This document shows positions 26,163-39,759 of a DNA stretch of 64,000 nt, piece after piece. The stretch comes from Octopus vulgaris (lineage: Eukaryota), in NCBI GenBank assembly GCA_951406725.2, contig OX597814.1, forward strand, positions 25,668,001 to 25,732,000. The letters run 5' to 3'. Made by a program: the position numbers and the translations under genes. Every line of letters begins with the position of its first letter. Position 1 is the first letter of the stretch. The notes beneath the pieces were generated by a model. The model did not search any database, was not told where the DNA came from, and saw nothing but the letters and a program-made list of their open reading frames with translations.

Positions 26163-26359
26163 AAGATATACATTGAGATGTTATAAGCAGACCTATTAGT
26201 TCATTTCAGCAGACATATATACCTAATTCAGTTTAACATATACCTATTGTTTTAAGGGGAATTTAATTCCCCGATAATACTAGGTATTGAACCAGTACTT
26301 CCTTGGATGTAACCACCCCTTTACGAGGTTAATATATCCTCTAATTAACTTTATATATA

Positions 26360-26605
26360 TATTCTTTTATTCTTGTTTCGGTCATTTGATTGCGGCCATG
26401 CTGGATCAACGCTTTGAAGGGTTTTGGTCGAACAAATCGACTTATAGTCTAAAGCCTAGTACTTATTCTATCGGTCTCTTTCGCTGAATTCTTAAGTTTC
26501 GGGGACGTAAATACAGCAACGCCAGTTGTCAAGCAGTGATGGGGAAACAAACACAGACACACACATTGATATATACATACATACACACATCCACACACAT
26601 ATACC

Positions 26606-26637
<32 letters not shown>

Positions 26638-26899
26638 AATAAATATTAGGGAATAAATCCAAATTTACAGGGGAAAAAAATCAGATTTAGGATTAAATCC
26701 AATTTTATAGTAAAATATTATAAAATATTATTAGAGACTTCATAATTTGAAACTGACTTATTGGAAGTCCACCTGAAGATTGTCGATCAAGACAAGAAAC
26801 AATTGTAGTGGCGGTTTTTTTGACTATTTATTAAAATTTTATGTATTGATTAAGTCTTTCATTGTTTGTTTTGCAAAATAGTGGTTTTGTCTCTAATAA

Positions 26900-26933
<34 letters not shown>

Positions 26934-27174
26934 CAAATTGAGATAGGGGTTGTAAATGCAACCCTCCATGGGATAATATATATCCAATATACTGCTAGTG
27001 AAGTACCCAACAAAGTTAATAATGTAAATTTATGTACATTTATGTACACTAATTTGTTCTGCTTTTTTATGTTTAACCCTACATTCTCTTATGTGGTGGT
27101 TTAATAAAGTATGTGATTGATCATTATCTGGTAATTGATATTTGATTTAGATGTATTTCTCCATTTTCTTATCT

Positions 27175-27227
<53 letters not shown>

Positions 27228-27395
27228 ATACACACACAACGAGGTTCTTTCAGTTTCCATCTACTAAATCCACTCACGAGGATTTGGTTGGCCCGAGGCT
27301 ATAGAAGACTTTTGCCTCAGGCGCCACGCAATGGGACAGAACCGAGAATCATGTGGTTGGGAAGCAAACTTCTTACCACGCAGCCATGTCTTGCC
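26360..27395 (-). mobile_element. SINE family A split at its central microsatellite by nested insertions
   Basis: 3' half at 26360-26560, 5' half at 27240-27395, with non-SINE fragments between (TA)n runs. Confidence 0.8.
26769..26811 (+). ncRNA. Minimal type I hammerhead ribozyme (complete core)
   Basis: CCAC-CUGAAGA-UUGUC-GAUCAA-GACAA-GAAAC-AAUU-GUA-GUGG; all three stems pair; predicted cleavage after 26807. Confidence 0.8.
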
Positions 27396-27492
27396 TATGT
27401 GTGTGTGTGTATGTATGTATGTATACATATATTATATATGTGTGTATGAATGTATTCATTATATATGCACCCATATATGTGTGTGTGTACAT

Positions 27493-27800
27493 TGTGTGTG
27501 AGATTTTTTTTTTTGTAAGCAGTGTCAATTTTTACAATTCTGTAAATAATAACATTTAATAAGCTCAAAGCTTATAAGCGACTGTTGTGTAATGACTAAA
27601 AAAAGTAGTCTAATATTGGAGCGTATAAGCCCTCTACGGGAAAAGCAGGGTTTTCCCTACGCATAGAACTCGAAGCCACATCTCTTAGTATTCGTGACAA
27701 GTGTGTTACCATTACATCAACTTGCCCCTGGTTTCTTTCCGTCAGATTTAAGAACTATAAATAGTTCGTAGTGTTGTTTTTGTCAACAACAAAAATACCG
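27493..27800 (-). mobile_element. Second copy of the internal-tRNA repeat family
   Basis: Shares ATAGTTCTTAAATCTGAC, GCTCCA.TATTAGACTA, TAGTCATT and TTATTTACAGAATTGTAAAAAT with 5600-5887. Confidence 0.75.
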
Positions 27801-28769
27801 TAACCCGTCCTACATATTTTTCCACTCTTTGTCACTCAGACTATTGATACATACGCACAACCGCACTTCTCTATTCCTCTGCCATTTTGTACCTTTGAAA
27901 AACACACCCACCAGCATTCGGGTATACACGCTTACACACTCTGTTATACGCACGCATACACGTATACACACACACACACCTGATTGTCACTCTTGAACAT
28001 GTTTACTTTAGATTTCCCTTTCTGACACTTAAAATTATCAGTCCCTTCTCTACCCATCTGTCACTTCTGCTTGACTGCTCCTCACTTTATAGCCGGCAGA
28101 CCCCATATACGTACCTATTCTCACATTCCAATACTTCTTTTTACCCTTGTGTCCACTTTTCCCTTAAAAATCCACTTTTGTTCCCCTTTCCCACTTCTAT
28201 CAGTTATTTCTCCTTTTTGCTGAATAACATTGTCTCACTTTTTCACCTTCTGGCAGCTATCTTCTTAGAATGTACCCATTTTCCGGATGCTTAAAATTTT
28301 TTTTTACTTTCTTCTCGACAATTTTTTGAAAAATTTCTCGGCCAATTTTATCTATTAAAAACTTTTTTTTAATACATTTTTCGGATTTTTCTTTTCAATT
28401 CTGAATTTAAACTCCTAAAATTCCTCGCCCTCATTCTCAAATGTATCCCACTTGTACGCCTGAAAAAGAAATTACTTTTCTATCTCTACATGCTTTTGTT
28501 TATACAATTACACACGTAAATAGCACTTACATTCTTGTTTCCACCATTCCACGTGCTTGTTCGACACTTTTATTTCCCCTCTACACACATGTACGCTCTA
28601 ACATCCTCACATACACTCTTACATTTCCCGACAAAGAACTAAACAGTCTAATATCCCCTCTTCCACTATCCAACATCACTTTGCTTCTATACTTGCATAC
28701 ATCTGTACTCATACGTATACCACACCAACGCATACACGCACACATCCTTCCTCTATATATCCGCTTCTA

Positions 28770-28816
<47 letters not shown>

Positions 28817-29341
28817 GCTTGCAAATGCATCAACACATCCTCCTCTTCCTACCTTCTTCACTCACTTCATAGAACAGCATTCCCCCTGTTTTCTAATCAT
28901 TCCCTTTTCTCCCACATCCATCCTTGTTGATTTATAATTGTTATTTTTACATATCAATGTTATTTTGTAATTTGTATTCATACACTCAGTCTCAATATTT
29001 CTCCCTCTTTCACTTTCCCTAAACTTCTATTTTTTTATGAAGGGCTAATGTCCGAATCGCTAAGATACTAACTTCAAACTCTCAAATGTTAAACTAACAC
29101 GTCATTTTCTTCGCATGTTGTTCGTTTTTATGCTTCTTGTCTTTAGACTACACACACACACATACACATACACACACATATACACATACATACACACTCA
29201 CACACGTACACACACACACACACACACACACCACACATACGCACGCACACAAACATATACCTATACATAAGTGTGTATATATATAGATATACATAATATA
29301 AATAAAACATATATATGTATATGCATATATACATACATATA

Positions 29342-29399
<58 letters not shown>

Positions 29400-29402
<3 letters not shown>

Positions 29403-29626
29403 GCATGTATAGGTACAGGACGTCACAAAACGTAAACAACATGAAATACAAAGACAAACGTGAGTATGCGAACAACGAGAGAAACAAATGGAAGACAAGA
29501 CAACTAATATAAAGAACGACCCTTCATCAGTTGTCGGCTGTCCATCTACTCCTCATTTCGAGCAAAATGTAATGTTGTTTTCGTATTCCATGTTGTTTAC
29601 GTTTTGTGGCGTCCTGTACCCATATA

Positions 29627-29632
<6 letters not shown>
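29400..29632. mobile_element. Fold-back Penelope-type terminal fragment (about 58-bp inverted arms)
   Basis: 29400-29457 and 29575-29632 are diverged reverse complements; embedded in (TA)n. Confidence 0.75.
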
Positions 29633-29706
<74 letters not shown>

Positions 29707-29800
29707 TATATACGTATATGTATGTATATATATAGTTTATTATTTATATTATCATATGATTGAACGCCACGCATCCATTTCCAGGGAAGTTTATCTTTTA

Positions 29801-30198
29801 CTAGCAGTATCGCCCGGCGTTGCTCGGGTTTGTAAGGGAAATAACTATATAAGCATTTTTAGAGAGTTAGAGCCAAAAAATAGCAAAAAAAATGCATTAA
29901 AACTGGAAAAAAAATTATGGTAAATTTTTTTTTTAAATCGTTGACTCATTGTAGACATTTTTAGAGAGTTACTTCCCTTATATAATAGCGAAAAAATGCA
30001 TTAAAATGGAAAAAATTATGGTAATTTTTTTTTAAATCGTAGACTCATTGTAGACGCGCGCTAATACCCAGAAGGGCTCGATATGAATCACGACTATAAG
30101 ATACCCGGTTTTGGTTAAACTGCACCGCAAAATGTGGGAGTAGTTAAGAATCTAAATCGTAGGAGACAGACACACGACTTGACTTTTATATATAAAGA
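29801..30198 (-). mobile_element. Non-autonomous Helitron, copy 2 (complete)
   Basis: Minus strand reads A|TCTTTATATATAAAAG..CCCGAGCAACGCCGGG..CTAG|T: TC and CTAG termini, subterminal hairpin, AT target, no TSD. Confidence 0.92.
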
Positions 30199-30279
30199 TT
30201 TATACATGTATATATTTATACATATGCATGTGTGTTTATAGTTATGGTATATTCTCTTAAAAACGTACTAGAAAAGTTC

Positions 30280-30555
30280 AAATCAGCCAGACCACGATTA
30301 ATACATACATAAACGTGTTTAGCTAAGATAAAATTTAGAGAATGTCCAAGCTGAAACATATTGATATATTAGAGATATAAAAGTATATAGATATGAAAAA
30401 ATATATTTTTATGTTTTTATTTTTATATTTTCATTTTTATATTTCTATATATTTTTATATCTCTAATATATCAATATATGTTTCAGTTTGGACAATTTTT
30501 ATTTTATCTTAACTAAACCCGTATATGCATGTGTAAATCGTAGTCAACCTGATTT
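30280..30555. repeat. Diverged fold-back with about 120-bp arms (MITE-like)
   Basis: TGTCCAAGCTGAAACATATTGATATATTAGAGATATAAAA is mirrored at about 30452-30493. Confidence 0.8.
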
Positions 30556-31799
30556 AATTATTTCCTGTTCTATACGCTATACTTATCTAACGCCTCAGGT
30601 TCGACTTGAGCACTTCTGCGCTATGTGTTTCGTAAGAAAATTATAACTATATATATGAAGTTCTTGACCACATATTCTGCGTTACATTTGTCATGAAAAA
30701 TTTAAAACAAAATCGGACAAGATAATCATCCATCAGCTTATCGCCGAGAAAATAACACACCAAATACAGGCTACTGACAGTTATGCTCAGAATCTAGTAG
30801 AGAACTTATACATACCGTCTTCTATATAGTGCTCGACTTGATCTCAAAGCTCAGAGCTTCCGGTTTTCACTTCCAGAAAGAGTAGTACCTCGATTTTCAA
30901 CAATATTTCTGTCTTAAATTCATTTGGCTAGCTAACATTTTTACACCGGTACGCCCACATTGCACCACATATTCTCCAACTCCCTTGCATATACGCAGCA
31001 AATTCTACGCGCACATTTATCCAATCTAAACTCACAGACCTACACACAGTTGGACATACACCAATACACCGCATTTACACTTCCTTCATCGATGGACCGA
31101 ATACTCTGTCGATACCCCACCACACACACGCACACAAGCACATTCAAATTCAAATGCACATACCCAACGCACTATGTCACGTCCTTTCGTGTCCTACTTT
31201 CAAACACATGCACACAATTCCTCCTCCTATACTCATTCGGTGAGAGACATATGCATTCTTACACTCACAACACTTACCTGCACATACTTACACACAAATA
31301 CATACACATATACAGAGAGAGAGAGAGAGAGAGAGAGATGTATATATACACGCACGCACATACATATACGTCTACGTACGTGCGTGCGTATGTATGTATG
31401 TATGTATGTATGTATGTATGTATGTATGTATGCTTACGTTATATTTCATTAATGAAGAAAGAGATCGACTTTCTCGCTGGTAAATTTCTGCTTAGTTAAG
31501 AAGAAACCAACATCTAACGTGCAGTACAATTATTCTACCATGTAGCCTTTTAATATCTCAGGCCAACAAGTCTACAGCTTTTATAGTCAATGGTGGTGCC
31601 AAATAACTTATCCCTTAAAGTTCCTGATTTAGAAAGATATTCATTTATTTCCTGTCGGTAAAAGTACTGTTATAGAATTTACTCACCTTCCTTTTATTGT
31701 TACTGTAGGAAAGTAGCAAAATTGTTTGTCTTTTTTTCCTCTTAGACACGAGAGTTATTAATGGTGTTTGTTAAAAAGAGAGAAATTTAGATTTATATG

Positions 31800-32183
31800 T
31801 TCTATGTGTCATGTTGTAACACGTTCTCCAGCGACATCTTGGTGTGTTCAGCTACCATCCTAGGCTCTATTGCTCGTCGGGCTGAAAAAAGCAAACTATC
31901 AATGTATCGGTCGCTCTCTGACGGGTTTATGGTCGAGCCTATAGTAGTGAAGACCTCCGGCGTTCTTGGCCCCCGGACCATATCCCTGCTCACCACTATC
32001 GGGGCGGAGATGGCCATCCGCAAGTTCGAACCTCGTGCGTCAGAGTGGGCGTTCCAGCGCATTTCCCTCACTATCCTCCGAGACAATACCTTTCCCATTT
32101 CGTCTTCTGGGACCATGAGGTTGTCTGAATTAGAGAAAATCGAGAGAATGTAAGAATTTCGTAGCTTCCTACTCGAAAAATAA
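31800..32183 (+). mobile_element. CRE-clade non-LTR retrotransposon 3' end (restriction-like endonuclease domain)
   Basis: ORF 31797-32153: SC.NTF..GSIARRAEKSK..Y..L..EPIVVKTSGVLGP..FQRISLTILRDN fits the CRE RLE C-terminal pattern; locally GC-rich. Confidence 0.8.
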
Positions 32184-35140
32184 ACTTCTATAAACCCACC
32201 TACAATAGCACAGTGCTTCAAATGGGGCACGAATTGGGATCTTAAGATGGACAAATTATGTGCAACGTATTATATTTAAAATTATTTCATTTAATACCTT
32301 ATGATTTCATTTCAATCACAATTCTCTGAAAAATTTATAATATTAAGCAACACCGATAACAATAACAACAACAATGACAACAACAACAAGAGCAACATGG
32401 TCTATACTGCATGTGTGGAAGGATTCTCAGTGGGAAGAACTTTTTACGAGATTCTCGTACATGCATTCCACATAGTACTGTATAGTACTGAAGCCTGAGC
32501 TTCCACGGTTGGAAAAGACCTAACTGTAATATGGGAAGAGTACCACCTCGTAATATAGGTGATCTGACACCACAGAATTAGTAATAATATGTAGCTAGTT
32601 ATACAGCCATGTAGCTAAACCATATTTTCTAATTAGTAATCCATATCCTAAATCTCTTTATGTGCTTAACTTCTTTTATATTAACATTTTCGGGTCTAAA
32701 TTCCTTTGAGCTAAGAATTATGCTAGTAATGTACAACTATCGGCTATTCTTAGAGGTCAAATATATCACTGAGTGCACCTTGATTGACTCTGGGTGTAAA
32801 CGGTCTACTGATGTGAGCCTCCACTTGACTGAGATTCGCCTAATCATGCCTTTCTGATGCAACTAAAAGCTGATATAATTCTCTGCATAAGAAGAATACA
32901 ATGGATGCTTCTATTCTTAAAAAACAAATTAAAAAGAACAGGAAGAATAGTTTACTCTCTGCTTTTTGAAGGTAAATGTAAAATTCTAAATGGCAAACAC
33001 TTTAGTTTTTTTTTTTATTAAAAGTTGTATATTGTTGAGTTTTTTTTTTCCTTATTGGTTACATTCTTCTTGCTTTTCAAATGGTTATAAAAGTTCCTGT
33101 GAGGATTACTTATGTCAGAGCACGCTCCACAAGACTAGCAGGACACGCACTTGGAACAATCTTCATTAATTTGATCTTTCATTCTATTTTATTATTAAGC
33201 TAGGGGGAAAAGGTAATTAAAAATGGTTTTATTTCAAACAATGTAAGAAACTAAATTTAGTGCATACATAACGCAAATATAAAAGAGAGGTGTCTGCAGC
33301 AATCAAGTCAAGCTGGCTGTAAAGTAAACATAAAATTCAGGAAAATGTGGTTTCCTTTAAATTGCTTTTAAATGTATTCAAAGAAATATCACTTGTATTC
33401 CAGCATTTCAAGGAAAATGTTCACGGTTTCATGACAAGAGATAAAGACTTATTCTATCAAATATATTGTTTCATAATAATAGCTTTCTGTAGTACAAATC
33501 AATGGTTTTAACAAGGGAATTGTAGAAATCTTCTGGTAAATTGTACTACCCATAAGCAAACCAAGAAAAATCTCTTTATTTTGCTACCTTAAAATTTTTC
33601 CCCGAATTTGATCGATGAGTTAATATATCTTATCAATTTTTCTTTCCATATTATCTTCATTACTCGAGAATTTTCTTTTCATTCATTTGAAGTTTATTTT
33701 ATTCCGTTGCATACTCACAAGACAACTTTCTAGCCTTTAGGTATATTTATCTCGATAATTCTCTTTATCTATGAATTCTTGTGGTTAGAATTCATTTCCG
33801 GATGAAGGATAGCAATAAATAAATTCTTTATCTGCAGTAAACTTTCTGATAGTCTTGTAGTTTGACATCAAATTACTTTGCTGTTAGTTAATTATAAACT
33901 TTTACGAACAATTTACTATATCTTATGACCATTGGCTATCTTCAAACGCAAAAGAAAAAAAGAGAAACATAATATCTAATCAAGAAAGCATGAGACATTC
34001 TGAATACTTTATATCCATTACTGGAATTTTTTATGTTTTTCTCATTGTCAAAGCCTAAAGGTAAATTTTCTTCTGAACTTTGGCCACCAGGGACTACTTA
34101 TAGCAAATTACGACATCATTATTTCTAATTTCCTTTCTTCCATTTTTTTATATGTTCTGTCATTTTCTATACGATGACAACACTGAATCGATAATGTGAA
34201 CTGTTCTTGCTTTTTAAGAAGCTACTTGAGCTATCCAATGTCAGTAAATATAAGTTCCCTCCTGACAAAATAAGGAAAGTGCAAAGAAATTTATACCAAA
34301 ATTCTCTATGATAACCTAGGGGTTAAGAGGACATAAGTAATCACCATTTACATATATAGCCTGAAGAAAGGTAGTAAAAAATTTTTGAACTAGACTTGAA
34401 TGTTTTGTACTTTATCTCTTTGTGTATCCTCGGGAGAACAGAACTAACAAAATTCATTGATGTCAAATTGAATCTAATGCAAAGCATTACTTGAACATGT
34501 AAAAACCCCGAAATCACAAATATTCAATAAATCATAAAAAAATACAGATTGTGATATTTTCTAACTATGATTTGTTAAGAGGGAGAGATTCTTTCTTTAA
34601 TATCACTTCCTTATCTTTTTCAACTTATCTGGTAATTAATGTTACTTCATTAACTATCACTATCTATAATTCTATATCCGATATTTTTACGTTCGTCCCT
34701 TATGTCTTTTAATATTGAGATTCACATGTTGCTCATTCGAAAGATACCTGTCTGCCAGTCAAAGATTTTATGGTTAATAAATAGTCAGTAGAGTTTTGTT
34801 TTTTCGTTTTTGTACCTAAAGCGAAGACTGTATTCTCAAGAGCCCAGTCCACATAACTTTAATTAAGAACCACGAAGAGATACAGTCTACTGAATGCAAT
34901 TAATACTTTACTTAAAAGTAACAAAAACCGCAAAATTAAAAGAAGTAAACTAATAGAAAGATATATCCATTTTCAGTTCCAAAAGGTTGCTAAATCATTT
35001 CGCTTACATTATTAATGCCCTTGAGAAAGATCTGAGTGTAACACAATCTTTTATCTTCTCATCTAAAATTCAAGACTACGTGGTGTACGTAGAAATCAAT
35101 ATTGCATTTCAAGTTTTAGTTGTGTTGATGACTTATGTGA

Positions 35141-35194
<54 letters not shown>

Positions 35195-35369
35195 GTGTGT
35201 GTGTGTGCGGGCGTATGTGTGTGCAATCCATTATTTATTATTTATGCATAAGGCAAGAAGCGATGCTAATAGCCTTTGCAGGCCTTCTCAAACTAGAGAG
35301 GTCAATATTGTTGATATTCAGCTTGAACTTCTATAAGCTGATACTAGGTAAAAAATAAAAATAAGAAAT

Positions 35370-36900
35370 GTGTGCGAGAGGTGGTTCCTGAGGGATGCGG
35401 TTTTAAGAAAGAATGAGTGAAGAATATATCTAGTGATGGGCTTAGGAAGTGTGAAACGGCAGAGAAGAGAAATTTAGGGGGAAATGATTGCAATCTGTAA
35501 GCCATTAGTTTCCTATTAGCAATGGCATAAAGTGTCTCCACTGAACATGGATGACATCTTTGCAAAAGATTTAGTAAAATGAAAGGTTGCATCAGTTAAT
35601 TAGGATCGATGTTCAAGAGGTAAACTATTGGAGGCAAAAAAAAAATCAAGCTCAGGCGCACACCATAATTTGTAGATGTGTGATATGGAGGACTAAAACG
35701 CATACTGCAAGAAAGTTGTGCAGCAGCAGATTTCTTGTATAAGAGGTAGAAACCAGGTGGTATTTATTGATCGATGTCAAGGACAAAAACATTTCATAAG
35801 GTTGAAGTCGTATTCTGTATAGATAAATCAGTAAAAATCAAAGAAAAGTTTAATTTTAAGTTATATTAATGCCAGCATAAAGGTTCAAAATTATAAGACA
35901 ACTCAGTCTATAACTATAACCACTATACGACACTGTAAGAATTAGAGAACTACTTGTTTTGTTACATTGCTGAGCAGGCCTTCGGTTTATGTTGTACAGT
36001 ATGAGCAATACTGTTAATCAATCAATATATTAAGTTACGCAAGAGGATGTGTTTGTGGCGTATTCCATACATTATAAGACGTCAAGAGAGAGGTCCGTAG
36101 TTGAAATCGGATATGTTGTCCATCTACAGAATGGGATAACCTGTCCTATATTGTTGCTAGTGTTGTTGTTTTGCCCTAAGTCATCCTTGATTGAATAGAC
36201 CTGTGATCAAAATCATTCAAGCCGTAGCAATCTCAGCACGTTTTAGCATGTGTCTAGAACCTCCTTTTACTGTATGTCCGTCCCTTTTAAAGAGAGAATA
36301 AGGGTGCTATGAGCGACCAAATCTTATGTGCGCATACGGTGAGGTAGATCATGTTAGAGAAAAGAAGGTTTGAGAATTTCGTATTAAGAGAAACTATGGA
36401 ACCTCGTCAGCAGTGGCTACTTTAGTAAGTGTGAGTAACGGGGGGAAAGCTCCCACCCTTGGAAAGTGTTTATATGTAACACACGGGAAGGTAGATTTGT
36501 GAAAGATTTTGTCATATGTTTATGGCGCAGCATATTCGAGGTACAATGGAATTGAATACAACCATCTTTGCTGCAAAGTGTCTATGTATAGACATTTTGC
36601 AGGAGTGGCTTGAGATTTGTTGACAAATCCCATAACGATTTGATGTGAAAAAAGTTTTTGCACGAAATGATCCCTTTCTTCAATGATGAATGAATACTTT
36701 ACAATTGCTGCTGTTCTTTCTTCTTTTTTTTCAGGTAGCATAACCATGTTCAAATACTACTTAATTGCAATGCAGTCGTAGGGGAACTCTTTGGGAGTTC
36801 GGTGGTTGTGTGCTTCCATTGATGAAATTGCGTGAAAGATGTGAGGTACTATAACAAAAAGTGTGACATCGGTCAGTTGCTACACTGTTTTCCCTGGATC
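35370..36900 (-). mobile_element. Possible very degraded Penelope-like (Neptune-type) pieces
   Basis: Traces of FYLL.K, a GIY-YIG-like stretch and a CUGACGA..GAAA word at 36378-36410. Confidence 0.25.
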
Positions 36901-37599
36901 AGTTGTGATACATATTTGCTGCAGTGAGGAGTCAGCATATATTTGACAGAGTTCTGTTTATTTACCTGGATTGTATGAGATGGACAATAAAGAAGTTATT
37001 AAGCGGAAGAATGACATTAGGGGATTGCCTTGGTTAGGTAGTGGTCATATGATTTTATGGCATTAAATCAGATGATCTTAAAGACTTTTAAAGTAGGATA
37101 GAAAGGTTAGGTTTAACGTTCTAAAAGAGGTCAAGAGCATTTGGAAAGTTGATATGTCAATGTGAAATTCGGGGAGTTGAAGAGATAAACAGATGCAGGC
37201 AGTTCAAAATAACAATTCTACATCTGAGTCAATAGCGTTGGTATAAAAGTCCAACGAACCAAAAGACATTGATTGTAGAGAGAGTTGAGTTAGGATATAT
37301 ATACTCAATGCAGAACAAAAATTTATTTAATTACTTTGGTGACCTGAAGTTTCTGATGTAGATTTTGGTTGTTTTCTATTCAAAGTCAGTTCTGATTCGA
37401 AAGACATATAACCAAAAGCATTCCAACAGTGTCCACTATCCCTTCTTCAGTTCTTACATAGCGATCCAAGACCACATTAGATAATGGAATGTGATTTAAA
37501 AAGGATACATTTGCTAGTTTAGTAAGTTGAGCAACCTCATGGACACTGTCATATAACCTCTCGCTGTTCGGCAGTGATAAGGTTGTATGACAAAAAAAA

Positions 37600-39650
37600 T
37601 ATATGTTCCAAATGAGGAAATGATGTTAGAGGCGAAATTCATCTTAAGGCGATCAGAATGTTTTCATCAAGATTAATGATTACAATTCGAATTTCAACTC
37701 CAAAGACAACTGTTGTGTTTTAATAGACACCGCTAAACCAGATATTGACACAGTGGACAAATATTTACAAATGATGATTGGTGATGACATGAAAGCTTCT
37801 AACTAGAGTCTACGGCACAACACCATCGAAGCCATTTCATGGTTCTTAGACAAAAGCTAGAGGAACAAGACCAAGTCAATTCGATATGTGGATTTTTACC
37901 CGTATATAACAGAGAGCTATTGTGTAAGGTACCCGATTTGCTAAGGTATACATTGACATTAAATGTAGAGGCATAAATAAAGTTATACACGCCAGGAAGA
38001 TCCTCTTCTTCAACAAAGAATCAACCTGAGTCAGCTGAACCTGGATGACTCCATTGATGTGAGAATGGGATCGTTTGGCAGCGAGGACATTTTAGAACAC
38101 AGAACTAAGCATTCTAGATGCCCTAAGTAGAAAATTCCCAGCAACCACATTTGGCCTTATCAAAGATGACACCGTGACTATATCCAGTGGTGCAAATAGT
38201 AATAATCTTGATAGATTAAGAATAGTCCTGCTCCATATTCTTAATTCCTTCTGTATTAAGATCGTCATAAATGCAAACATGTCCATTGTTAATTTCTTAG
38301 AGGTTATTGAATCTAGATTTTAGTTCTTAATTGCCCTTCTGCAAGCTGAACGGTAAGCTGATTTATAATAACATAACTTCCTACTACTCAGCTACAATAT
38401 ATATATCAGCTTTGTGAAATGTTTAAGCAAGAGGAAATTTATTCTCTGGAAAGGAAATATTCAAGAGAATGGCTCCTATTCAAAATGAGACCCTGCATAC
38501 AAGTGACTACAAATAGAGTATTATTACATTGCTCCTATAAAAAAAAGTTCCAATGTAAAATGAGTTTGTTTGCAGTCTCTTCTCACTAAATGCTAAAATC
38601 CGTAGAAGTCTCATGACCTTCCTTAACTTAAATTGATATGCAAACACTTCACACTCAAACATAATTGTAGAAACTATTTCATAGATGAACACAAAAGATA
38701 TAATTTGGCTACACAATAGGCGCATGAGGCTATAGGCGCAGGAGTGGCTGTGTGGAAAGTAGCTTGTTTAACCAACCACATGGTTCCGGGTTCAGTCCCA
38801 CTGCGTGGCACCTTGGGCAAGTGTCTTCTACTATAGCCTCGAGCCGACCAAAGCCTTGTGAGTGGATTTGGTAGACGGAAACTGAAAGAAGCCCGTCGTA
38901 TATATGTATATATATATATGCGTGTGTGTGTGTGTCTGTGTTTGTCCCCTAGCATTGCTTGACAACCGATGCTGGTATGTTTATGTCCTCGTTACTTAGC
39001 GGTTCGGCAAAAGAGACCGATAGAATAAGTACTGGGCTTACAAAAGAATAAGTCCCGGGGTCGAGTTGCTCGATTAAAGGCGGTGCTCCAGCATGGCCGT
39101 AGTCAAATGACTGAAACAAGAAAAAGAGTAAAAGAGCAAGAGTAAATATGAAACAGATTTTAGTAAATAATCCGTGACTAACACAGATGCAGTCTGCTCA
39201 TCCAGAGGTAATATCACGTACCTGAAAAACAACACTTGAAAAACGAAGGCTGCTGTATATAAAGCAGAAGTGAGATGATACAAATATAATGACATGTCAG
39301 TGCATGAAACAGTTCCTTCAAGACGCAATCCAGGATAAGCTAAACATTAATCAGGAACCAATAGATTTTGAAAGAGAAGTCTAATAAGCTAGAGATTGAC
39401 TGAAAGCTGCATACCATATTGCAATGGTAGTAAGAATTGCAGAATCTGCATGTAAGGTACTAAAGAACTCTCTTCAACCAGAAAGTTTACGTAAACTCCA
39501 AGACGGAGGTTTTCAAATCATACCCACATGACCAAAAATATTCTCCTAGTAAGTGGATGAATCTTACCTAAAAACAAAAAATGCAGGTGATTTCTTCAAA
39601 AGAGACCTACGGTCTTTTCTCACAATCAGATAAATCTCTAATTTATATCT
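37600..39650 (+). mobile_element. Decayed Penelope-like element of Naiad/Chlamys type (RT plus GIY-YIG), interrupted by a SINE
   Basis: Broken-frame motifs in the expected order: FIKINDYNSNF, IDTAKPDI, QFD..FYP, HARKILFFN, DVRMGSF, FGLIKDD, then AVYKAEV, YVSA..SFKT and KNCRIC. Confidence 0.7.
38733..39135 (+). mobile_element. SINE family A, full length and well preserved
   Basis: GGCGCAGGAGTGGCTGTGTGG head, CCTTGGGCAAGT, core, internal (TA)/(TG)n and GTAAAAGA tail. Confidence 0.92.
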
Positions 39651-39727
39651 CTCTAACTCCTCTTGTCTCTACCACCATGTTTCTGTCTCTCTGTCCATCT
39701 CTGTCACCCTTTCTCTTTCTTTCTGTC

Positions 39728-39759
<32 letters not shown>

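Noticed and set aside
32300-35000. Host exons in the non-repetitive AT-rich stretch
   Set aside because: No recognisable protein motif or convincing exon; RNA-seq would be needed
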